DNA from: a virus
Virus record (IMG/VR): IMGVR_UViG_3300005573_000058
Coordinates: 64,001-128,000 of that record
Length of the DNA stretch: 64,000 nt
Strand: one strand, 5' to 3'
Shown here one piece after another: positions 9,764 to 18,291 of this stretch. The stretch's first letter is position 1; every line of letters starts with the position of its first letter. The notes under the pieces are model-generated. The model was not told the origin of the DNA. It saw nothing but the letters and a program-made list of their open reading frames with translations, and ran no database searches. Made by a program: the position numbers and the translations under genes.

Positions 9764-10510
9764 ATGAACCTAAAAGAATTTTATTTTAAAGAAGGAAATA
9801 AAGTAACAGTAAGCAGAGAAGTACTAAATGATTATGATAAATACAATGTTAGTTACAACGGAAAAACATGGACATTTGATATAGGTGAGGATGTGAATGG
9901 TCTAGAAGAAATACTAAATAAGACAGATCTTGCAGAAGACGAAAAACTTGCTCTACAACTGTCCATAGAAAAAACATCACTGTTAAGAGAGATGTTTCCA
10001 GATATAAAAATGATAAAAGAGATGATAAAAGAGACAAAAGAAAACGAAAGTAGAAAAGAGAGAGTAAGATCAAGAGTAACAGTTGTAGAAGAAAAAGTAT
10101 ACGAAGAAATAAAAGATCTAAGAGAAGAGAAGAAAGAAAGGTTAGAGCAGATGAAAGAAGAAGCGGAAGAAAAATACAATGAAATAAGGAAAGAAATGAA
10201 AGAAGATGAAATGATAAAAGAAGAACATGAATGCTCATTTGGCAATATAATTATCACAAAGAATATCAAAAGAGAGATAAGTCCAGTTGACTACGCAGAA
10301 GAAATTTCAGTGCTCAAAGAGCATGAAATATACATCAGAGATCCTGAAAAAGGACCGCTACTCCAAAGGATAACTGATGTATCTGACACGTACGCTTACT
10401 ACTACTTCGATATAAAGACAGAAACGAAAACGACTATAAATATAGAATTTAAAGCTGATATACCTGATCACATAATTAATGATATTAAAAAATACTTAAA
10501 AATAAAATAG
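9764..10510 (+). CDS. Hypothetical cassette protein with a central coiled coil
   Basis: 248-aa ORF with SD. Confidence 0.8.
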   Translation: MNLKEFYFKEGNKVTVSREVLNDYDKYNVSYNGKTWTFDIGEDVNGLEEILNKTDLAEDEKLALQLSIEKTSLLREMFPDIKMIKEMIKETKENESRKERVRSRVTVVEEKVYEEIKDLREEKKERLEQMKEEAEEKYNEIRKEMKEDEMIKEEHECSFGNIIITKNIKREISPVDYAEEISVLKEHEIYIRDPEKGPLLQRITDVSDTYAYYYFDIKTETKTTINIEFKADIPDHIINDIKKYLKIK

Positions 10511-10581
10511 GTTTTAAAAAAAATGATAGGAGCAAACAGGTTCTACTCCTGTTGCTCCTATCAAAAAATAAAGGAGGTTGT

Positions 10582-10983
10582 ATGGACGAGAAGATTTATA
10601 ATACGTACTTTTGGTGGAAGGGGTATATACTTGCCCCTTCAATGGTGAGGGAATTAAAGAGTTTCCTTCCCAGTATTCAAGAATACTGGGAAGCTCTGAA
10701 AAGGAACTCCAGATACATTCTAACTGATTTACAAAGAGATGGATTAGATAGAAGAAAGGAGGTAGTGGAGAAAATTTACAGGAGAGCTGTAAAGAAATGG
10801 ATAAATCTCTTTACAGATCCGAATCTTGATATGACTTCAGACGAGGATTTTATAATCTTCTTAAAGATGCTAGTTGACTGTCTGAAACCATACAGCAAAT
10901 ATGTTGGCGAGCGAAAAGATCGCCAATACATTAAAAAGATCTTGACGAAGATAATAGAAGAATACTACGAAGAAAATAAATAA
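10582..10983 (+). CDS. Hypothetical cassette protein, preceded by a truncated module (10510-10581)
   Basis: GGTTTTAAAAAA, type Y hairpin and SD upstream. Confidence 0.8.
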   Translation: MDEKIYNTYFWWKGYILAPSMVRELKSFLPSIQEYWEALKRNSRYILTDLQRDGLDRRKEVVEKIYRRAVKKWINLFTDPNLDMTSDEDFIIFLKMLVDCLKPYSKYVGERKDRQYIKKILTKIIEEYYEENK

Positions 10984-11010
10984 GAAGCCCCTTTCGGGGC
11001 TTCTTATTCC

Positions 11011-11196
11011 GCCCCCCGCCACAGCCTACTCACAGTAGCCGGCGGGGGGCTGTTCATATTACAGATGTAACAGAAGTATGAACAGAAGTACCATCATTGT
11101 TCATACTCCTGTTGCATCAATAAAAGGTCTTCAAAAAAGATAAGAACAAGAAAGGTTCCACTCCTTCTGTTCTTATCTGTAAAATAGGAGGCATAT
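11011..11196 (+). repeat. Cassette leader module, copy 5 (type Y)
   Basis: Same architecture. Confidence 0.9.
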
Positions 11197-11352
11197 ATGA
11201 AAAATAAAGACTAAAAAAGAAAAGAAAAACTTGAAAGAATAAAAGAACTAAGAAGATACAATGGCAAAATACCTGCTGAGAAGATTTTCATAAAAAGAAG
11301 TACCAAGCATGACAATGACTGGAAATATGAAACATATGAAACTGATGAATAA
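11197..11352 (+). pseudogene. Cassette gene with in-frame TAA at codon 6; paralog of the C-terminal part of 19616-19831
   Basis: Reads MKNKD*KRKEKLERIKELRRYNGKIPAEKIFIKRSTKHDNDWKY; compare KIKRIKSMSRSRIPSVKIMHRSKRHENDWKY. Confidence 0.65.
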
Positions 11353-11387
11353 AAAGAAACCTTTATGGTTTCTTTTTTACTGCAGCA

Positions 11388-11590
11388 GCCCCCCGCCTCA
11401 GCCTACTCACAGTAGCCGGCGGGGGGCTTGTTCTTATTACAGATGTAACAGGTGTATAGACAGAAGATCTTATATCATCTGTTTATACACCTGTTATATC
11501 TGTTGATGGGTTTTTAAAAAATAATAAAGAGCAGTTGCATGGTGCAACTGCTCTAAACTGCAGCTATATGCTGCAAGAAAGGAGGATGTT
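11388..11590 (+). repeat. Cassette leader module, copy 6 (type X)
   Basis: Same architecture. Confidence 0.9.
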
Positions 11591-12055
11591 ATGATAGTAT
11601 TCATAGGAAAAAGCTACAAATTAGATAACGGAGACTTACTGATATCATCGTATGGCAAGTATGAGCCAGACATGCTGATACTAGTTCCAAAAAACCATGT
11701 GCAAATTTCAAAGATAGTCGACGAAGAAAGATACTACGTTGACATAGAAGTAAAAGAAAACGAAAATATAAAATTTAGTGCGAACTGTGTAAAGATCGTC
11801 CCAGGAACATTTGGAAAGACGAAAAAAGGAGCTGATATTTTTAAGATTGATATAAATGGTCCTCATCTACTTATAGAAGTCCAATGGGGCGGAAGCTTCA
11901 GGACGACCGATGGCAGGTTAGAATCTCCCATAGACGAAACGAAGATAATAAAGAAGATCAGGAAAAGTTCGCATGGAGGTGGATTAGGAAATACGTATTA
12001 TATATTCGACAGGAAGTACTATGAGAGTTATACACCAAATATAGATGATTTTTGA
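11591..12055 (+). CDS. Hypothetical cassette protein (beta-rich, SSHGGGLG motif)
   Basis: ORF with SD. Confidence 0.8.
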   Translation: MIVFIGKSYKLDNGDLLISSYGKYEPDMLILVPKNHVQISKIVDEERYYVDIEVKENENIKFSANCVKIVPGTFGKTKKGADIFKIDINGPHLLIEVQWGGSFRTTDGRLESPIDETKIIKKIRKSSHGGGLGNTYYIFDRKYYESYTPNIDDF

Positions 12056-12062
12056 TATATCC

Positions 12063-12210
12063 ACCCCGCCGCATCAGCCATTCATAGTAGCAGGCGGCGG
12101 GGTTTGCTCTTTAAAAGTGCAACAGATGTATATATAGAAGATCTTATATCTGTTTATACATCTGTTGCATTTGTTGATCGGTTTTTTAAAAAATAAAAAA
12201 GGAGGTATAT
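12063..12210 (+). repeat. Cassette leader module, copy 7 (no leader hairpin)
   Basis: GC hairpin, long hairpin, GGTTTTTTAAAAAA and SD. Confidence 0.85.
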
Positions 12211-12384
12211 ATGAAACATGTTACAAAAGTTGTATTGTTTGTAGCTTTTGGTGCAATTGTTGTAGCCTTGTTCTGCAGCAAATGGTTATTGAAAGGCCTT
12301 GTATGGACTAACAGAAAGTTAAATCAATTGATAAATAAAAACAAGGCCTACACCAAAAGTTATAAAAATAATAATCAGCCTTAG
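12211..12384 (+). CDS. Small membrane protein (57 aa, below the ORF track cutoff)
   Basis: MKHVTKVVLFVAFGAIVVALFCSKWLL..., strong SD. Confidence 0.7.
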   Translation: MKHVTKVVLFVAFGAIVVALFCSKWLLKGLVWTNRKLNQLINKNKAYTKSYKNNNQP

Positions 12385-12391
12385 CAACAAC

Positions 12392-12564
12392 GCCCGCCGC
12401 CATAGAGTTTCACAGTAGCAGGCGGCGGGCTGTTACTGAGCATTAAAAAGGCTGATTGCTACAGTTATGTAGCTGTTTGTGTATCGGTTTTTAAAAAATA
12501 AAGAGCAGTAACATGGTGTTACTGCTCTAAACCTGCAGCTATATGCTGCAAAAAAGGAGGTTGT
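12392..12564 (+). repeat. Cassette leader module, copy 8 (type X, divergent middle hairpin)
   Basis: GC hairpin and downstream elements conserved. Confidence 0.85.
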
Positions 12565-12996
12565 ATGAATTTTAATTTTAATTTTAACAAGTTATTTAAG
12601 AAATTTACTGGATCGAAAGCTACAAGAATAAAATTCGATCCAGAGAAAGTTGTTGTTTCTGTAAATGAAGTTAATGCAGATAAGAAGACTGTTGCTACAA
12701 TAATAGAGGTAGCAACTGAAACGTACAAGCAATTTCCAGCAAAGGATGTTGTAACAAAGAAAACCGGTGATCTATATATATCCAGCCAGAATCCAAAAGG
12801 AAAAAGCTCATATGCTGATCTTGTTAGCAGAAATGTAATAGGTGCATATAGATTAGGATGGATATATGCGAAAGATGGTAAAAATATAATCTGGAAGGCA
12901 AAGTACTTCCTTCGCGCAAATCGGAAGGAAGGTAATTTCCAACTCGAGATCTATCAACCGAATTCTATGATAAAAGGTATCGACGACAGGAAGTGA
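12565..12996 (+). CDS. Hypothetical cassette protein, paralog of 6822-7199
   Basis: Clear full-length similarity. Confidence 0.85.
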   Translation: MNFNFNFNKLFKKFTGSKATRIKFDPEKVVVSVNEVNADKKTVATIIEVATETYKQFPAKDVVTKKTGDLYISSQNPKGKSSYADLVSRNVIGAYRLGWIYAKDGKNIIWKAKYFLRANRKEGNFQLEIYQPNSMIKGIDDRK

Positions 12997-13213
12997 GCAT
13001 AAGAGCCCCACAGTAGTGGGGCTCTCTTTTTTTAGAACAGAAGAATAAAAGAACAGAAAAACAGAAATAGAACAGAAGTGAAACCCCACAAAAGCAGTTA
13101 AAATTGAACATTTTTCAACTTCTTTCACCACTCATCCCCACTTAACTGCTCTATTTTTAACTTTTTCTACTGCTTTTGTGGGGTTTCAAAAAATCAAAAA
13201 ATTAAAAAATTAT

Positions 13214-13288
13214 GGCCTCGTCGTCTAAATGGTTTAGGACTCCAGCTTTTCAAGCTGGAAATGGTGGGTTCAAGTCCCCCCGAGGCTA
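13214..13288 (+). tRNA. tRNA-Glu (anticodon TTC), CCA not encoded
   Basis: Acceptor GGCCTCG/CGAGGCT; anticodon arm CCAGC-TTTTCAA-GCTGG; T loop GGTTCAAGTCC. Confidence 0.9.
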
Positions 13289-13310
13289 TAATAAAAGAAA
13301 AGGAGGTAAT

Positions 13311-13502
13311 ATGTTAATAGAAAAAAAGAAGTTTTTTATATATTTGACAAAAAATCAAATAGGAGCCGGCACAAACAACGGCTCCATAAGCATGCACTGG
13401 TATAGAAAATGGATAGGAATAAGAACATATAAAGGCATAGATACAGAGGAAATAAATTTAGGTTATATATGGATAGTTATAGCAAAAATAAAGGAGGAAT
13501 AG
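13311..13502 (+). CDS. Small hypothetical protein
   Basis: AGGAGG before ATG 13311. Confidence 0.7.
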   Translation: MLIEKKKFFIYLTKNQIGAGTNNGSISMHWYRKWIGIRTYKGIDTEEINLGYIWIVIAKIKEE

Positions 13503-13703
13503 ATGAAGAAAATGAAAAAAGTAATGAAAGGTATAATTTATACAACGATAGACATAGCCATGATAGTAAGCTTCAATGTTATGTGCATAGCAATATTGAA
13601 TAGCTTACATGTAAATAAGTCATGGCTAGTTATACCTTTCATAGGTTCAATAGCTGCCATAGAAGGCAGCTTAGAACAGAACATAAAAGATAGCCTCTCA
13701 TAA
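13503..13703 (+). CDS. Small membrane protein
   Basis: Two hydrophobic segments, SD and terminator. Confidence 0.7.
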   Translation: MKKMKKVMKGIIYTTIDIAMIVSFNVMCIAILNSLHVNKSWLVIPFIGSIAAIEGSLEQNIKDSLS

Positions 13704-13822
13704 GAGAGGTTATCTTTTTTCTTTAGCGTTTTTCGGTTGTTTATAGCTATTTCGCTATAGCAAGTAGCGAAGTAGCTATAGCAAGAAGAACATGCGAAAG
13801 AGGATACAGAAAAAAATTTTAG

Positions 13823-14150
13823 CTAGAGATACGAACTGAAGATCTAATAGATGAAGGCGGAGGTGGAATATTTACACGTCAATGTCTAGAATATATACAA
13901 GAAAATGAGAATGAGACACCTGATAGAATCATCGTATTCTCAGATAGCCAAGACTGCGGACTGGCCAGACAAAAGAATCCCAAAGCCATTCGGAATTAGA
14001 AATTATATCATCGATGTTGCAGCACATACTCACGGAATTAATTACAAAGGGGTATGGACAGCAGAAATCAGCGGATGGAGCGAAAGATTCCTAGACTATA
14101 TATTTGCTTTCGAAGGTATAGAAGTAGGTCAAGAAGAAGAAACAGAATAG
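13823..14150 (+). pseudogene. Frameshifted C-terminal fragment of a TROVE/vWA-type protein
   Basis: GGGGIFTRQCLEYI...DRIIVFSDSQDC joins DWPDKRIPKPFG...EISGWSE when one G at about 13958 is removed; no start codon or SD. Confidence 0.55.
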
Positions 14151-14251
14151 TAAAAAAGAGGCTGTCCAGTGTATTGGACAGCCTCTTACTGCTCATACAA
14201 CTGATATAAAAGAGATATATGAACTATGATGTTACTCTATTAATTGTTTTC

Positions 14252-14320
14252 TTATATATATACTACTACTATATATATATTATTATTAATATATATATAT
14301 AGTAGTAGTAATAGGTATAA
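14252..14320. promoter_or_regulatory. AT-rich inverted repeat (DUE-like)
   Basis: TACTACTACTATATATATAT...ATATATATATAGTAGTAGTA next to the DnaA boxes. Confidence 0.65.
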
Positions 14321-14355
14321 AATTTTTATAAGCTGTTGAAAATCAATCATCGTTA

Positions 14356-14457
14356 TGTGGAAAAAATGTGGAAAAGATGTGGATAAAATGTGGATAAAAA
14401 TTTTTATCAACAGGTTTTCCACAGGTTTTCCACATAGTTATCCACAGGTTTTCCACA
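14356..14457. promoter_or_regulatory. Cluster of nine DnaA boxes (oriC-like)
   Basis: TGTGGA(A/T)AA at 14356, 14367, 14378, 14389; TT(A/T)TC(A/C)ACA at 14404, 14415, 14426, 14438, 14449; 11-12-bp period. Confidence 0.85.
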
Positions 14458-14552
14458 TAAGTTGTATGAACAGACAGAAGTATAATTTTACTGATTACTA
14501 TCTGATATAAAAGGCGGGGCGTCGTAAGACGACGTCACCGCCGCCATAAAAA

Positions 14553-14630
14553 AACAGTTAATAGAACAATGTCGCTGTAGTAACAGTTGTTAGAACGACA
14601 CTGCTATAGTAACAGTTGTTAGAGCAAACA
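14553..14630. repeat. Three ~29-bp tandem repeats (AACAGTTRWTAGARC core)
   Basis: Core is the reverse complement of the 16032-16227 repeat core. Confidence 0.7.
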
Positions 14631-14975
14631 TAGAATAAAATAAAGTAACAGTTACTGCTACAGCTATAGCAGTATTAAGCAACTGCCACTGTTACAGTTA
14701 TAATTTTATTAGCGTCTTGTGACATTTTATTAGAAATGTCAAAAAAATAAGAACAGTTGTTATAGCAACAAATGATATGGTAATATCAAGATCTAATCTA
14801 TCAGCAATTGCTGATAGATTAACATAGAACCAATCAAAAAGTACTCAGAAAGGGGAAGACGTGTAAAACTGCTTACTTCTGTAAGAATAAAAGTTAAGTT
14901 TAGACATAATAAACATGTTAGATATCAGTTACTTGCAACAAGTTATTAAACTGATACTTCAACGTCAATTGATTT

Positions 14976-15074
14976 CAATTGCAACTGCCACTGTTCATAT
15001 AACTGCTACAATTGCAACTGCCATTGTTCATATATCTGCTACAATTGCAACTGCCATTGTTCACCTATCTGCTA
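14976..15074. repeat. Three 33-bp tandem repeats, CAATTGCAACTGCCAYTGTTCATATAWCTGCTA
   Basis: Directly visible. Confidence 0.9.
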
Positions 15075-15660
15075 CAAGTGAATATAAGATATAGAATATC
15101 TAGATATCTGTCTATCCGCTCGATAGCGGATAGACAGCTGAAGAACGACTATAGGCGTTTTGCTCACTTCAAGTGAGATAATAATGTAAGTTTAGATATA
15201 AGAATATATAGCTATAGAATAGCAAATAGAGCAAATTGCTACTGCCAAGAGTAAAGTAGCAATTTGCGCAGTTATGAAAAAAACTGCGAAAATAAAGTTA
15301 AGTTAAGTTATATATATATTAAGATGTCATCAGCAACAAGAACATTGCAATGCTAAATAATATAAATAAATAAAATAAAAGTCATAATGATGTAATTAAT
15401 GTAATAATGTAACTGTTATTGCTACAGTAACTGTCATAAAGAATAGTAAAACAAAAGAAAAAAAATAATAATAAATGCTACTGCCGTAGTATCTGTTATA
15501 AAGAGCAACTGTTATGCTGTAATATCTATTATAAAAGGCGACTGCCACTGTAGTAATATCTGCTATAAAAGGCGACTGCCACTGCTGTAATATCTGCTAT
15601 AAAAGGCAGGCGTCATACTGCTGTAAAACATAATAAATATTGTCAGTAGGAGGTAAAAAT

Positions 15661-15876
15661 ATGATATTATATCAGCTGTTTGTTAATTTGAACTTGTATT
15701 CTATCTGTAGTAAATGTGTATTTACTGGGTGTGCATTATATGAAAACAACTGTTTTAGGAATAAATCAAAGTTAAATAACGTTAGTATACGTTTATATCA
15801 GGAATATTATAACATTGTACGTGTAAAAACGATGGATGAATATATAGCAGTAGATGGTACATCGCAACTTATTTGA
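15661..15876 (+). CDS. Small Cys-rich protein (paralog family)
   Basis: SD AGGAGG; CSKC motif. Confidence 0.7.
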   Translation: MILYQLFVNLNLYSICSKCVFTGCALYENNCFRNKSKLNNVSIRLYQEYYNIVRVKTMDEYIAVDGTSQLI

Positions 15877-16031
15877 TATTTTAGCTGTAACTATGATAAA
15901 AGATAGCAAATGTCCGTTGTAACAGTAGTAAGAGCGGCTTGTGGCAGTTGTAAGAGCAGCTTATAGCTACTGTATGTAGCTGTAACTATTATAAAAGCAG
16001 TTTACAACAGCAGCACGAGCAGCCAGTTGTT

Positions 16032-16227
16032 GCTCATATAACTGCTACAAGGAGAAATTGTTCTAATAACTGTTACAAAGAGATATTGTTCATATAACTG
16101 TTACAAAGAGATACTGTTCTTATAACTGCTGTATAGATACATTGCTCTTATAATTGCTACAAAGAGATATTGCTCTAATAACTGCTACAAAGAAATACTG
16201 TTCATATAACTGCTGTATAGATATCGT
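16032..16227. repeat. Seven 28-bp tandem repeats (G(C/T)TCWWATAACTG(C/T)T... consensus)
   Basis: Units start at 16032, 16060, 16088, 16116, 16144, 16172 and 16200. Confidence 0.9.
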
Positions 16228-16282
16228 TTTATGATTTTTGTTCAAACTGTCAAAAAAAATTGATATAAAAGGCAGGTGTAAT

Positions 16283-16465
16283 ATGAAAATAAATGTAGAA
16301 TTGTTAAATATTCAAATGAAACTATTTTGTCAGCATTGTTACTATGATATTACATCTAGATGTTATCAATATGAAAGAATAGATGGTAAGATAAATTTAA
16401 TATGTACATTATTAAATATTGTAGAACATAGTATTAGTAAATTGTCTAAAATACAGGAGGTATAA
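16283..16465 (+). CDS. Small Cys-rich protein (paralog family)
   Basis: CQHC motif; first of four tandem genes. Confidence 0.65.
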   Translation: MKINVELLNIQMKLFCQHCYYDITSRCYQYERIDGKINLICTLLNIVEHSISKLSKIQEV

Positions 16466-16466
16466 T

Positions 16467-16655
16467 ATGAGAGTACAAGTTCAGATTTGTTTTTATGATA
16501 TAAACATAGATGGTACAAACTGCTACTTTAGAGAATGTAAGTATATGTATGATGATTCTTGTAAACTGAAATTGAATAGAAAAATGAAAAGTTTTCAATA
16601 TCTATGTGATATATTATATCAGTTTAAGAGGATTATGTTAGAAATAGTGAGGTAA
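16467..16655 (+). CDS. Small Cys-rich protein (paralog family)
   Basis: SD; VQICFYDINI resembles the next gene. Confidence 0.7.
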   Translation: MRVQVQICFYDINIDGTNCYFRECKYMYDDSCKLKLNRKMKSFQYLCDILYQFKRIMLEIVR

Positions 16656-16657
16656 AT

Positions 16658-16945
16658 GTGAAGATATCTGTTCAATATTGTTATTATGATTTAAATATAA
16701 GTTCATCTCATTGGTGTAGAAACTGTAGATATTCATATACGTTGTCTTCGAAAGTAAATCATGATATATCAGAAATTTGTCGTTGTAGTATAAATGTAAA
16801 GCGTGAGCGATTAGATGATATAAGTATATATAACAGGTATAACACTTTGAAATATTATATTTACTTTTTATATAGCTATTTATGTTCTACATTGTTGTTA
16901 AGTAGAAAAGAGCTGATAAAGATAGTTGAAGAGATAACTGTATAA
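16658..16945 (+). CDS. Small Cys-rich protein (paralog family)
   Basis: VQYCYYDLNI and CRNC. Confidence 0.7.
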   Translation: MKISVQYCYYDLNISSSHWCRNCRYSYTLSSKVNHDISEICRCSINVKRERLDDISIYNRYNTLKYYIYFLYSYLCSTLLLSRKELIKIVEEITV

Positions 16946-16972
16946 AACTGTTGTATAAAGAGGAGGAAAGAT

Positions 16973-17209
16973 ATGTTGATTAGATTACAACTTCTGTTTA
17001 TTGATGTAAATGTAGACATAAGAGAAGTAACAGCTTATTGTAATCGTTGTGTAACTGATAAATCTGTATGTGCATTACTGTTAAAAAGTCATTATAAGAC
17101 TGTATTTCACTACGATAAAACGACTATTGAATATAATAGTTGTACTGTATGTAGTATATTATTTGATACTAGTAAGAGTTTGTTATTTAGTTTAACAGCT
17201 GATAAATAA
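16973..17209 (+). CDS. Small Cys-rich protein (paralog family)
   Basis: CNRC and CTVC; SD. Confidence 0.7.
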   Translation: MLIRLQLLFIDVNVDIREVTAYCNRCVTDKSVCALLLKSHYKTVFHYDKTTIEYNSCTVCSILFDTSKSLLFSLTADK

Positions 17210-17358
17210 GTGAGGTTTACGCATATCAACCTCCTTCTGTTGTAGATAGGTAGCATATGTATCAGTTTTATCTGCTTTCCTCCTATAGGTAAATAAAGTT
17301 GATTCAAGTACATATGCTACCTATCGTTATTTATAAATAGTTAAAGAAAGGAGGAACA

Positions 17359-17850
17359 ATGAAAGATCAATTTGTTAAAGTTGTAAAGATTGGCTCGAAA
17401 AGGACGCCAGGTGGTAGATGGTATTATGTATATTGTAAAATAATTCTTTACAAAAAAGAAGACAAGATCATGTTAAGTATATCAGGAGTAGAAGGACCGC
17501 TGAGTTCAGGTAATGCTCTAGGTAGTACAGGTCAGATAAATCCTGTTCAAGTAGAAAGATATGCTGAAGAATGGAACGAAGATATGTTGCGAAGATTCAA
17601 TGAGATATGGTCAGAATATCATCTTAATGATATGCATTTAGGAACAATTGTTCAAGAAAGAATATTAGAACAGTTTAATTGTACAAGTCTTGGCGATCCA
17701 AGAGTTAAACAAATTCTGAAAGAGTTCAATGTATTAGAACATTGTGGATCAGTATATGGCACTGAATTTAAGACAAGAAAGATATCTGAAGAAATAATCA
17801 GATTCTTGTATAATCTACCGACAGCAAATAAGATGCCAGCGTGGGTATAA
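17359..17850 (+). CDS. Phage hypothetical protein
   Basis: SD; GQI and W..YHLNDM motifs of a kind seen in phage hypotheticals. Confidence 0.8.
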   Translation: MKDQFVKVVKIGSKRTPGGRWYYVYCKIILYKKEDKIMLSISGVEGPLSSGNALGSTGQINPVQVERYAEEWNEDMLRRFNEIWSEYHLNDMHLGTIVQERILEQFNCTSLGDPRVKQILKEFNVLEHCGSVYGTEFKTRKISEEIIRFLYNLPTANKMPAWV

Positions 17851-18027
17851 AAATGTTCTGCTTGCCTCATCTAACTTCTTGTGCTTCTGTAGTTTTAGCT
17901 GTTCTGTTTGATGGTTTTTAAAAAATGTTTTTAAAAATTTTAAAATGGGAGGTTAATCAGAATAGCTAAAGAGATTGGGTATATTAATTAAAAAATAAGA
18001 AAAAAAATAAAAAAAAAGGAGGTAAAT

Positions 18028-18291
18028 ATGGTCAGTTTAGCACAAAGGAAGGTATTGGCCAAGAAAGGGTTAGTGTTAGATGTTGATAACCTCAAATGGC
18101 CAATACAAGATATTACAAGAGCAAAGGCCGCAAAAGTATACTCAGCCAAGTTATATAAGCAGCATATGATAAGTAAGGCTGAGTATGCCAAGATTCAGCA
18201 TGCCGCCAATGCTGCAATAAAAATTTATAAAAGCGGCGGCAGCCAAGCAGATGTTGCTAGATATATCGACCGTTATAATTTATATGTTTAA
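18028..18291 (+). CDS. Small basic, Ala-rich protein (possible DNA-binding)
   Basis: Strong SD; KWPIQD..RAKAA motif. Confidence 0.75.
   Translation: MVSLAQRKVLAKKGLVLDVDNLKWPIQDITRAKAAKVYSAKLYKQHMISKAEYAKIQHAANAAIKIYKSGGSQADVARYIDRYNLYV

Noticed and set aside
11212-11214. Stop-codon reassignment
   Set aside because: All three stop codons end genes normally and coding density is high under the standard code; this is an isolated nonsense codon
7799-12564. Integron attC sites
   Set aside because: The long hairpin has AAC/GTT arms, but the inner boxes are direct rather than inverted, RYYYAAC/GTTRRRY is not met, and no tyrosine integrase is in the window
13212-13310. N-terminal extension of ORF 13212-13502
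   Set aside because: It overlaps the tRNA-Glu; the SD-supported start is 13311
16032-16227. CRISPR array
   Set aside because: Units are contiguous 28-bp tandem repeats with no unique spacers, and there are no cas genes in the window
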